This document shows positions 37,067-45,591 of a DNA stretch of 64,000 nt, piece after piece. Each line of letters starts with the position of its first letter. Position 1 is the first letter of the stretch. A program made the position numbers and the translations under genes. This DNA comes from a virus: the IMG/VR virus record IMGVR_UViG_3300025132_000022, positions 32,001 through 96,000 of that record, one strand, 5' to 3'. The notes under the pieces are model-generated. The model did no database searches, was not told the origin of the DNA, and saw only the letters and a list, made by a program, of their open reading frames with translations.

Positions 37067-37091
37067 TTTAAATCTCCATAATTAAATATAT

Positions 37092-37316
37092 TTAGTCTTT
37101 AAACTTTTCATTAAACTTTCTTGTTGATTCTTGAGAAAGTTTCTTCTTTCTCTCCTTCTTCAACTTTCTAACTTCAGACTTTGGGGTGAATTGCATTCGT
37201 TTTCTCACCTTATCGATCAGTCCTTCCTTTTTTGTTTTCTTTACGAATCTTCTGATCATTCTCATCTGATCTTCGTTATGTCTTGGTTTTACATCAAAAT
37301 TAACTGCTTTAGCCAT
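37092..37316 (-). CDS. rpsU: Phage-encoded 30S ribosomal protein bS21
   Basis: 74 aa, very basic; V.PRHNEDQMRMIRRFVKKTKKEGLIDKVRKRMQFTPKSEVRK matches the bS21 pattern (E..ALRRFK+..+.G...E.R.R..YEKPS..R). Confidence 0.8.
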   Translation of the reverse strand: MAKAVNFDVKPRHNEDQMRMIRRFVKKTKKEGLIDKVRKRMQFTPKSEVRKLKKERKKKLSQESTRKFNEKFKD

Positions 37317-37326
37317 TATAAATCCT

Positions 37327-37743
37327 TTATTTTAGTGCGTCCCACTTGCCGCCAAAGGCACCAAGTAGTCCGTCGATATCAACACCCTTGTCATTAGGGT
37401 CTATGTTTGCAAGAGGCGAATGAGATGGTGTTGCGTTTGGAGATCCTGCACTTGATAGTGGAGCAGTGCCCTCAAATATGTCTACGCCGCCATAGGCATC
37501 TTTCCCAATCGCTGAAAGTATTTTACTTTTTGACTCCTGCAATCTTCTTGAAACCTTTTCAGTATCTCTTTTTGGCGAAACGGACTCTTGCTTCTTTTGC
37601 TCTACAATCGGTTGTCCCATTCCAGATACGATCTCTGCGACCAGAGTGGATAGGACCCCCTCTTCAAATATCGCTTCTTTTATACACTCCATAACAAGTG
37701 GTTTTAAAACTTTTTTCAATTTATTCAATTCTTGTTCTTTCAT
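37327..37743 (-). CDS. Hypothetical head-module protein (138 aa)
   Basis: ATGA overlap with the protease stop; LKKVLKPLVMECIKEAIFEEG. Confidence 0.7.
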   Translation of the reverse strand: MKEQELNKLKKVLKPLVMECIKEAIFEEGVLSTLVAEIVSGMGQPIVEQKKQESVSPKRDTEKVSRRLQESKSKILSAIGKDAYGGVDIFEGTAPLSSAGSPNATPSHSPLANIDPNDKGVDIDGLLGAFGGKWDALK

Positions 37744-38345
37744 TTCGTCCTCAATACGTTGTTCATTAATCTATTGATCTTGTCTTCCTTGGATAGTGGT
37801 CTCGACATGTCCCTAGATTCATGCACCTGAGACATTATTGCACCTGGGGTAGATGGGTCTGAAACCATATCAAAACAAATCAGTTGAAAATCGTCTTCTA
37901 CCAAGGTAACTCCGTTGTTTTCTGTCACAGAACCCATACCTCTAGAGGAAATACCGCATGGTACGCCTGCCTGTACAAGATTCTTGAGTATATTTCCAGA
38001 AGGCGTAGGCAACACCTCTATCTTGCCCATCACTTTTTGCCCGTCCATCCATATTTCAGTCACAAGGTGTGATGCGTTTTGCAAGTTAATGACAGATGAC
38101 TCGGGATGATCAAGTTCCCCAAGTGCTCGGCGCTGCTCTACCAACTTAGCATAACGGCCAACCTCTCTCTCCAAAAGAGCGTGAGGGTAAACTCTGCCAT
38201 TTGCGTTCTTTGTCTCAGACATTTGCATTACACCAGTTAGGATAGTCACTTTTCCTTCAGCGACTCTCCTCTTCTCATCTTCAGTGAGCAGGTCCTGGCA
38301 AACGCCACCGTCACACAACTCAAAATATTCTCTCAATAGTTTCAT
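37740..38345 (-). CDS. Prohead protease (gp21-like)
   Basis: KNANGRVYP, ALGELDHP, SHLVT, LPTPSG, GISSRGMGS, FDMVSDPSTPGA; probable ATG 38345 with GAGGA SD. Confidence 0.93.
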   Translation of the reverse strand: MKLLREYFELCDGGVCQDLLTEDEKRRVAEGKVTILTGVMQMSETKNANGRVYPHALLEREVGRYAKLVEQRRALGELDHPESSVINLQNASHLVTEIWMDGQKVMGKIEVLPTPSGNILKNLVQAGVPCGISSRGMGSVTENNGVTLVEDDFQLICFDMVSDPSTPGAIMSQVHESRDMSRPLSKEDKINRLMNNVLRTK

Positions 38346-38378
38346 AATATTCCTCAATGCGGGGGTAACCCGCGTCAG

Positions 38379-38429
38379 TTACTTGCCACTGCAGCAGCGT
38401 CTAACTCTTTGTAACATCCAGCGCTTCAT
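38379..38429 (-). CDS. Unannotated 16-aa peptide MKRWMLQRVRRCCSGK
   Basis: ATGA overlap with the upstream stop, GAGGAG SD, TAA at 38381-38379. Confidence 0.5.
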   Translation of the reverse strand: MKRWMLQRVRRCCSGK

Positions 38430-38731
38430 GACTTCTCCTCATAGTTATGCCTTATATTGAACCCGTAATCGTTAACAAGCATGCTTCCAAAGTAACACAC
38501 AATTGACGAATAACATCCCAACACAAAGGCGGTGACCAAAGATTGGTCAAAAGTAAATAGTTCTGTAAACGGACTTAACGCCCACAAAATAATGCCTGTC
38601 CAAAACCCTGTGCACATCGGACAGGATAGAAGTTTTCCCATCCACCCCTGAGTGGGGCGGATTCTATCAAATATACTTCCGTAAATGATTATTTGTGTCA
38701 TGCCGATGCAGGCAATCGTATAGGTGAGCAT
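38426..38731 (-). CDS. Small membrane protein, DUF1360-like
   Basis: IFDRIR, LLSCPMCTGFW motif; hydrophobic segments. Confidence 0.65.
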   Translation of the reverse strand: MLTYTIACIGMTQIIIYGSIFDRIRPTQGWMGKLLSCPMCTGFWTGIILWALSPFTELFTFDQSLVTAFVLGCYSSIVCYFGSMLVNDYGFNIRHNYEEKS

Positions 38732-39294
38732 TATCTCTCCATTATCTCTCTCAAGATAGAATACATGTACTGATACCCGTACGGTCTAACCTGATGATCT
38801 AGAGAACCCTTCTTGTTGGTATGTGGAACTTCCCCCAATTCTGTGCTGTCCACCTCTTCGGGGTCTAGGAAGAAATTTTGTAAAGTGTCCTTGTACAACT
38901 CGCGAGACTTCATGTTTGGTTCATCTTCTTTTAGAAAATTAAATATTTCCAAAAGTGTAAGTTGAAAAGATGATATGTCTTCGGATGCAGATTCCATTAT
39001 CTGCCCTTCCAGTGAAGAATGTACTGAACCTGATTTTATTGACCCCCTATCAATGATGCCTACCTTTGACAGTTTTGTTAACAATTCATCTTGCGTATAG
39101 TAAGTCTCTTCGGAAACACTGTCTTTTGGGAACGTAGATACCCTACTTTTCTCCTTTGAAACAACAATGTCGATCAAGTCATGGTCAAATATCATCAAAT
39201 CTCCATTGAGTGTTTTTCTCGCCTCTTGGAAAAAAATCTGTTTTGTAACAGGTTCCTGATCTTTAGCGCCTCGAATGATGTTGATTTTAAGCAT
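38731..39294 (-). CDS. Hypothetical protein (187 aa)
   Basis: Overlaps both neighbours; ARKTLNGDLMIFDH, STELGEVP. Confidence 0.7.
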   Translation of the reverse strand: MLKINIIRGAKDQEPVTKQIFFQEARKTLNGDLMIFDHDLIDIVVSKEKSRVSTFPKDSVSEETYYTQDELLTKLSKVGIIDRGSIKSGSVHSSLEGQIMESASEDISSFQLTLLEIFNFLKEDEPNMKSRELYKDTLQNFFLDPEEVDSTELGEVPHTNKKGSLDHQVRPYGYQYMYSILREIMER

Positions 39295-40099
39295 TTTCCA
39301 TTTCCTCGACCAACCCCTGTATCATCAGGACCTCAGATACTAAATTGTCGTCAACTTCCTTGTCACTATATGATTCTAATTTTAACATAATGTCGTCATA
39401 TTTCGTCTTCAGGTCTTCGCCCTGAAGGAGATCACTGTTTTCGAAACTTCTCAACTTTGTCTTCAATTCTGACACCTGGTCGTTTAAATACACCTTAAGT
39501 CCCAAAGAGTTGTCTGAAAAGGACGCGATGTAATTCGTCAGTAGTTCTCTTTGATTATCTGGCAAGGATGCGTATTTTTTATTAAAACTTTCAACAAATG
39601 TCCTGTAGGTCAGGTTATCAATGTGTGTTTTAGAGTCTGAGTCCTCCTCAACGGTCAGAGATTCGACAATCTTCTGTTCCAGGAGCATCTTTTCCTTTAT
39701 TGAGGTTTTATCGTTAAAAATATTATAAACAGTTGCGAGGTTCTTGTAGTTTGGGACAAAATTGCCGAACACCTGAGATGATAAATTGTAATTAATTTCC
39801 TTAATTAATTTATTCTGACTTGTAAAAATGTCTTGTCTGTCAAGAGATGCATATCTCTGCTTTGCCTCAGTTAGTATAAACTTCGCTGTCTCCTTTGTTA
39901 AGTTCTTGGATTCCAGGATTTCTTTGTATATTTTCAATTCCCTATTTAAAACACCGCTCTTTGAAAAATGCTCTTTAATGATGTCTCTAACAACGGTCTG
40001 TCTTGCAGTGTTCTTTTTAACGACAGACTTAACATACTCTCTCGTAAGTGCTTCAAATAAGAAAGCGGTATTTCTCTTTTTGTTGTGTTTTAGTCTCAT
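39287..40099 (-). CDS. Hypothetical head-module protein (270 aa)
   Basis: ATGA overlap with the portal stop; KHNKKRNTAFLFEAL; ACTAGTTA motif at 40184-40191 inside the portal 3' end. Confidence 0.7.
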   Translation of the reverse strand: MRLKHNKKRNTAFLFEALTREYVKSVVKKNTARQTVVRDIIKEHFSKSGVLNRELKIYKEILESKNLTKETAKFILTEAKQRYASLDRQDIFTSQNKLIKEINYNLSSQVFGNFVPNYKNLATVYNIFNDKTSIKEKMLLEQKIVESLTVEEDSDSKTHIDNLTYRTFVESFNKKYASLPDNQRELLTNYIASFSDNSLGLKVYLNDQVSELKTKLRSFENSDLLQGEDLKTKYDDIMLKLESYSDKEVDDNLVSEVLMIQGLVEEMENA

Positions 40100-42066
40100 T
40101 TTTTGGTTTCCCTGTTTTGTAATTCTTTAATAAGATCAGATACTTCTTTGCCTCTAAGAAATATATTCTCCTCTTCTCTAATATAACTAGTAAGTTTAGA
40201 CTCCGAAAGTCTCTGCTTATCTTCCTCAACCACACCTCTAGATAAAGATTTTAGTTTCTTGTATCCAGGAATGGTCTTATAAGATTGGGTCCGACCTCCA
40301 GTGTCTCTCTTGTCTCGTTCGCCAGTCACCTGTTTCGTGATATGTATCTTGCCCTTTGCTCTCTTGTGTTTCGCATCGTAAGAGTCTTCCCTGGATCCTG
40401 GTGCTGCTAGTAGCGCTCCAGCGTCTTCTTCTCCTGCGTCTGCACCCAGATCTGCACCGAGGTCTCCTTCGCCTCCAAGAACATCCTCTCCACCTGTAGT
40501 GTCAATACCTTCTCCGCCTTCTCCACCTGTGCCGAGGTCGGTACCCAAGATATCTTCCTCACCGCCTGGTGTGCCGCCCGCTGCTGCGGTTGCTTCTGCT
40601 TGCGCCTGCTCTGCAGCAGACTCAAGGCGAGCGTCGAATTGTCTATCGTAATACATTTGCCTTTGGTTTTTGACAAATTCTTCCTCTGTCATGCTGAACA
40701 GGTGAGATGCAATCCACTGTCTGCTAAAGAATCCTTCAGTCGCTGTTGATGCAACGTCAAACTTAGTCTTCCAGTGTTCCAGTTCTTGGAGTTCTGCAAT
40801 CTTAGACGGACTATTCATCTTTAATTTGAAATTAATCAAATCCTCGCCTCGGTAACCCAAGGTGTAAAGGTGCACGATGCCTATCTTTTCGAGTTCAGTA
40901 ACAACAGATCTTTGCAGTCTTTGCACAGTTCTGGCAAATCTGATGTCCTTCTGTGCTAGTGTGGTGGCATCTTCACCGCCACCCGCTTCTGCGTTCGTGT
41001 TTGAAATATAGGAACCTGGGATTTTCAATGCAGAGAATAACTTATCTCTCAGGTACTTAACATCCTCGATGTCGCCAGTATAGGTGCCACCTGGTAAACT
41101 CTCGACTCTAGAACTGGATCCCGCGCGTGTAGGTATGAAGTAATCTTCATCAACAGACATAGGGTTATATCGCAAGTCAACACGCCCCGAAGCAGGATCA
41201 ACCACCTGGTTTCTCTTCATTTGCGTCATAACCTTTTGCATGTATTGTTCTATATCTTGAGGTGGTATATTGCCCACGTCGATGTAGAAAACACGGCGCT
41301 CGGGTGATCTCACAATCCTATATGCCATCATAGCATCTTCAAGTAAGGTCAACTGTCTCCAAATACGCCTGGCAGGTTCTAGGACCGATGTGCCATAAGG
41401 TGCGTACTTGTCGTTACCCAATATCCTAAAGTGTCCAATTTGCCAGTTTTCAAACGTTAAACCTGCCGAGTTCCACTGAAACTGACAGTAGTTAGGGTTT
41501 GTTTTGTCCTCGCCTTCAAGTCTTTCTAGTTCCTGTCCTGGCATCCCTATAACGCTTTTAATTCCTAAGTTCTCATCTATATCAAGATAAAGAAAGAAGT
41601 CGCCGTACTTAACCATCGTTCGGCACCATCCAAAAATATTGTACTCCAAATTCATAATACTGAAATACAATGCGTGCAATATTCCCTTTATTTCTTCGTT
41701 GTTGCAATCTATTGTCATCAAGGGTTGCAAGGCACTATGAGTAGTCATCTCATCTGCATATATGTCTATAGCGGAGGCAATCTCGGGTGTGTACTCCATT
41801 TGATCAAAGTCCACATACCTCTCTAGTCTGTTTTGATTGTTTTGAGCGCTTCCGTACAATCCAGCAAACGGGTTATGGTCCATTCTCTTGAATTGCTTTC
41901 CGCTGGCGGATGTGAATCTGCTGGCATACTTATCTAACTGCCTTCTTCTTAATCGTCTTGCCGTCTGGGTCCTGTAATTGACAATGGGACCTGATAGTAG
42001 TCTTGTCAGTTTTTTGAACAATGTACTCTGCTGATTTTTCGGGTTTACTTTTCTAGGTCCTGCCAT
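40096..42066 (-). CDS. Portal protein (gp20-like) with long C-terminal extension
   Basis: PEIASAIDIYADE, LLEDAMMAYRIVRSPERRVFYIDVGN, EDYFIP, SLPGG, DVKYLRDKLFSALKIP. Confidence 0.94.
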   Translation of the reverse strand: MAGPRKVNPKNQQSTLFKKLTRLLSGPIVNYRTQTARRLRRRQLDKYASRFTSASGKQFKRMDHNPFAGLYGSAQNNQNRLERYVDFDQMEYTPEIASAIDIYADEMTTHSALQPLMTIDCNNEEIKGILHALYFSIMNLEYNIFGWCRTMVKYGDFFLYLDIDENLGIKSVIGMPGQELERLEGEDKTNPNYCQFQWNSAGLTFENWQIGHFRILGNDKYAPYGTSVLEPARRIWRQLTLLEDAMMAYRIVRSPERRVFYIDVGNIPPQDIEQYMQKVMTQMKRNQVVDPASGRVDLRYNPMSVDEDYFIPTRAGSSSRVESLPGGTYTGDIEDVKYLRDKLFSALKIPGSYISNTNAEAGGGEDATTLAQKDIRFARTVQRLQRSVVTELEKIGIVHLYTLGYRGEDLINFKLKMNSPSKIAELQELEHWKTKFDVASTATEGFFSRQWIASHLFSMTEEEFVKNQRQMYYDRQFDARLESAAEQAQAEATAAAGGTPGGEEDILGTDLGTGGEGGEGIDTTGGEDVLGGEGDLGADLGADAGEEDAGALLAAPGSREDSYDAKHKRAKGKIHITKQVTGERDKRDTGGRTQSYKTIPGYKKLKSLSRGVVEEDKQRLSESKLTSYIREEENIFLRGKEVSDLIKELQNRETKK

Positions 42067-42071
42067 TATTA

Positions 42072-43658
42072 TTATCCTTTAAACAACCAGGGGTATTGTG
42101 TGTAGTTCCTGTCATGTGTCTTCTTTTTTTCAAAAACATTGTCACCATCGTAACCCTGCATACCTTTTATTGTTGTGTTCATTTTAGTTTTTGCTGATAC
42201 CATTGTAGCAAGAAATGCCTTATTATATTCTATATTTCTCTTGTTTTCAATCAAGGCAGTGTCCCTTACCCAACATCCTATTGCACATGCCATAATTAAA
42301 TCATCGTTGTACGATCTCATTGCTTCTGGTCTTCCGTTGTTCCAAATAAAGGTCTTCATCTCGTTATAAAGACGAGGCGAATTTATGGTAATTAGTTCAT
42401 TTCTTACAAATTCTTCCAACTTTGCAACAATCAAGGGTCTTGTCTTTTGACTAGTTGTAAAACCTGCAACTGCATTGGATGCTGCCTCTGCAGTAACTTG
42501 GTCAACGTATTCGTGTGATGACTTTATTGAGTGATACAAATTTGGGTACTGCATTTCTCTTAATTTGTCCAAAACTGCAAACCCCACAGTGTTGTTCTCA
42601 ACGACCAACATGCAGTCGCCGTATTCTCTTCCTGCGTCAAAAAGTATTTTAGAAAACAGGTCTGGAGTTATCCTTCCTTGATATTCCGCCACAATCTCCA
42701 TCGTCAAGGTGTCGAATATGTGAAATACCGAAAAGTCCTTACCGTCACCCCTAGCAACATCGGCACTTAAAAGATACGGTACACCAGATTCCGCCTCTTT
42801 CCATATCCAGTAATTTCTGTCAAAACCCGTCCTGTACTTTGGTTCTGAAACGAATTGCGACAATATCTTCATTCTATCTGGGTGAAACACTGTTTCGCCC
42901 GACATGTTAAAGTTACACTCCAACTCTTGGGCGATCTGCCTCCTGGACATGTTCTTTGTTTCTTTCTCAAACCATTCTTGGTCTCTGTCTGGATGAACGT
43001 CCCACGGTAATGTCATGGGAAGAAAGTCATTTGACTGAGTCTCGGCATCAGTGAATGTCTTATGAAACCAATTGCCAACACCATTAGGAGTAGATAACGC
43101 TATGCATCGACCACCAGTTGAAAGAGTGGGATATAAACCAGTCCACAACTCGTCCAAACCCTCAACGTGAGCGGCCTCGTCAATAACTAAAAGAGAAAGT
43201 GCCTCAGAACGCCCAGCGTCGCCAGAGGTTGATGATGCCTTTATTTGCGAACCATTGGACAACTCAAACGAAGTTCTATTATCAATTGAAACCTCCGCTA
43301 TTCTTATCCACTCTGGACAATTTCTCAATATTGTTTTCACCTTCTTTACGAGGTTTGCTGCAGTGCCGAACTTGGTTGCCAAAACAAGAACATTCTTCTC
43401 CTTATGAAAAAGCATCAACCAAACAACATACGCCGCAGTAACAGTTGACAAACCCAACTGTCTTGCTTTCAACACTACATTAAATCGATTGTCTTGAAAG
43501 TTCTTAAGTGCGACCTTTTGAAAGGGGTAGGTCTTAAAGGGTATCAACCCCTTGAGTGGGTGAGTAATTTTAGCATAATTGGTGATGAAATAGTCTGGGT
43601 CTCGTCCCGACTTTACTATTTCTCGCATTATTTCTTTCTTACTTAAGACTGAGTTCAT
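42072..43658 (-). CDS. terL: Terminase large subunit (gp17-like)
   Basis: LKARQLGLST, LLVIDEAA, STPNG, QELEC.F, ADVARGDGKDFS, VVENN, NDDLIMA. Confidence 0.94.
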   Translation of the reverse strand: MNSVLSKKEIMREIVKSGRDPDYFITNYAKITHPLKGLIPFKTYPFQKVALKNFQDNRFNVVLKARQLGLSTVTAAYVVWLMLFHKEKNVLVLATKFGTAANLVKKVKTILRNCPEWIRIAEVSIDNRTSFELSNGSQIKASSTSGDAGRSEALSLLVIDEAAHVEGLDELWTGLYPTLSTGGRCIALSTPNGVGNWFHKTFTDAETQSNDFLPMTLPWDVHPDRDQEWFEKETKNMSRRQIAQELECNFNMSGETVFHPDRMKILSQFVSEPKYRTGFDRNYWIWKEAESGVPYLLSADVARGDGKDFSVFHIFDTLTMEIVAEYQGRITPDLFSKILFDAGREYGDCMLVVENNTVGFAVLDKLREMQYPNLYHSIKSSHEYVDQVTAEAASNAVAGFTTSQKTRPLIVAKLEEFVRNELITINSPRLYNEMKTFIWNNGRPEAMRSYNDDLIMACAIGCWVRDTALIENKRNIEYNKAFLATMVSAKTKMNTTIKGMQGYDGDNVFEKKKTHDRNYTQYPWLFKG

Positions 43659-44215
43659 CTCTTCCTGTTTGCAAAATCGTATGCCTTGAAGGCTTCATAG
43701 GGATCGACTTTTCTTTCGTCGTTAGGAGTCTTCTTCGCTTCTGGTGTTGATGGAATATCCAGGTCTGGTCTATCAGGTTTTTGTTCCTCAAGTCCACCAA
43801 TCTTGAACTTCTGAACTGCAGTGACTAAAGTTCTAACCCTAGAGACAGGTTGAACAAGAACATTGACTTCTCCATCTTGCGATAGGGTCAAACTACTCTT
43901 GGTAAGTGCCCTGTACTCCTTTTTTATGAACGTCGCTACGTCAGAAATCATCGAAGATACATCATTCTCCAAGGTGCCACCATACACTTCCTTGAGTCTG
44001 ACTTCGCTTGAATAGGTGATGCAAATACAGTTTCCTGATTCAAACTTCACTCCGAAACCGTCCATAACTCTAGAGTCGATGAGTGGGTTCGTATCCTCAT
44101 CGCCTTCCCTTTTCAACCCAATCTTCAAGGGTTCGTCATTTTCATCCAAGGCACCATCGTATTTCTTCGCCAGTACCTGCGAGATGCCGTTAATAATCTC
44201 AAGTGTTGTTGCCAT
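43655..44215 (-). CDS. Hypothetical protein (about 186 aa, probable start MATTLEI)
   Basis: SD AAGGAG before ATG 44215; ATGA overlap with terL. Confidence 0.7.
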   Translation of the reverse strand: MATTLEIINGISQVLAKKYDGALDENDEPLKIGLKREGDEDTNPLIDSRVMDGFGVKFESGNCICITYSSEVRLKEVYGGTLENDVSSMISDVATFIKKEYRALTKSSLTLSQDGEVNVLVQPVSRVRTLVTAVQKFKIGGLEEQKPDRPDLDIPSTPEAKKTPNDERKVDPYEAFKAYDFANRKR

Positions 44216-44603
44216 TTGTTTGCTCCTTTGTTGGACGCCATCCGTTTTCCCACCTTTCTTCTCTGTCTTCGATCCACTGTACGTAACAACCAAAACAACA
44301 TTCGTATCTCGCCATATACAGATCGTCTTTTCCAGAGAAAGAGTAAGATCCACAAACTGGACATTCCCTTTCATTTTCTTTAGTAAGTAGTTTTTTGCTT
44401 ATCAAAAAACCTTTGAACTTTTCTTTAGAGTTTTTCGAGTTTTTTGCTGCCTGAAGTTTGTAAAACTCTTTTACCTCTTCAGCATGTTTTTTTTCCTTTT
44501 CTGGTGTCCAGTGCTTTTTGGGGTTCTCGATTGCCTCAGAACCCCAGCGTTGCACTATTGCCCTTTCAAGTTTCACAATAAAGTTCGGATCATCACTCTT
44601 CAT
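44199..44603 (-). CDS. Zinc-finger-like hypothetical protein (134 aa)
   Basis: CPVC...CCFGC motif, ends WENGWRP. Confidence 0.7.
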   Translation of the reverse strand: MKSDDPNFIVKLERAIVQRWGSEAIENPKKHWTPEKEKKHAEEVKEFYKLQAAKNSKNSKEKFKGFLISKKLLTKENERECPVCGSYSFSGKDDLYMARYECCFGCYVQWIEDREERWENGWRPTKEQTNGNNT

Positions 44604-45040
44604 CAGTTACCCAATACAGAAACTATCACTAAAACAGTGGTTGCTCCAACGACGAACCCACCTGCTGTAAACAGGTACCAATAATTGTTAGGCCGCTTCA
44701 GTGCGGCAAATTCCAACTGTTCAATCTGTTCTGTCTTTATTTGATCCATTGCGAGATACTCCGACTGGATTGACTCCAACCTTGTTTCCAACATCATGAT
44801 GCTCAACTCATGCTTTGCGTTCAACTCTTCGGTCAACTTGTCTAGTTTGAGTTTACACCTTGCGCCTTCTTGCTCTTTATCTGCAATCATCTTTGCCATT
44901 GCAGGGTTAGTAAAACACCAACCTGCAAAGGGGACAGAATCTCCTGAGTCTACCCTTAGTACGGGATTCGCATGTACTGTGCCAAAACTAATTAAGGTCA
45001 GAAAGATTAAAAAGTGTTTCAATCCTCTTCTCGACTGCAT
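44603..45040 (-). CDS. Membrane-anchored exported coiled-coil protein, possible spanin partner
   Basis: Signal-peptide-like N-terminus (FLIFLTLISFGTVHA), coiled coil, C-terminal hydrophobic helix; overlaps the upstream gene. Confidence 0.5.
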   Translation of the reverse strand: MQSRRGLKHFLIFLTLISFGTVHANPVLRVDSGDSVPFAGWCFTNPAMAKMIADKEQEGARCKLKLDKLTEELNAKHELSIMMLETRLESIQSEYLAMDQIKTEQIEQLEFAALKRPNNYWYLFTAGGFVVGATTVLVIVSVLGN

Positions 45041-45374
45041 CAGGATCTCCTTCCATTTCTTCAACAACTTGCTTTATTTTTTCTTTGTTCTTTTTTGTAA
45101 GTATAGCACTTTTTTCTGCATATTTTTCTTCTAAGTTTTTAATGGTCTCGTGATACTGCTTGACAAGCAAATCTCTTTTAGTTAACTCTTTTTTGTGGTT
45201 CTCTTTTAGAGTAACTATTTGTTTATCATACGACTCTTTCTTCGCTGCCAGTACGTCGAGTGCTGCTTCTGCGTTCTTTCTAGACAACGCCCATACAACA
45301 ATAGACCACACAACTAGAAAAGGAATCTTCCAGTTTTCCCTCAACCAGATCCATGCTAATTTTATGTGAAACAT
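44988..45374 (-). CDS. i-spanin (Rz)-like protein
   Basis: N-terminal TM (WKIPFLVVWSIVVWAL) plus long charged coiled coil; follows a holin-like gene. Confidence 0.5.
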   Translation of the reverse strand: MFHIKLAWIWLRENWKIPFLVVWSIVVWALSRKNAEAALDVLAAKKESYDKQIVTLKENHKKELTKRDLLVKQYHETIKNLEEKYAEKSAILTKKNKEKIKQVVEEMEGDPDAVEKRIETLFNLSDLN

Positions 45375-45380
45375 TTTGGT

Positions 45381-45578
45381 TTACTTTTTTCCGTGCTTCC
45401 ACTGAACCGCTAAATCAACTAAAGCCTGAGAACCAATATAGGCAAGAGTCACCGCCACCCAATCACTTGAAGTTACCGTACCGTAAACACACAAACTAGT
45501 TGCCGTAATCCAGGCAAGGAACTTGCGAGATATGAATCGCTCTGTATATTTGTCAGCAAATGATTTTAGTGCTGTCAT
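45381..45578 (-). CDS. Holin-like small membrane protein (65 aa)
   Basis: ISRKFLAW motif, two TM segments, AYIGSQALVD, basic C-terminus; SD AAGGAG before ATG 45578. Confidence 0.65.
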   Translation of the reverse strand: MTALKSFADKYTERFISRKFLAWITATSLCVYGTVTSSDWVAVTLAYIGSQALVDLAVQWKHGKK

Positions 45579-45591
45579 AATATTACCCTCC

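Noticed and set aside
38359-38381. SECIS/selenocysteine recoding at the hairpin
   Set aside because: The peptide's Cys codons are TGC and it ends in TAA; the nearby TGA is out of frame
44216-44374. N-terminal extension of the 239-aa ORF call
   Set aside because: It overlaps the Zn-finger gene; the SD supports a start at 44215
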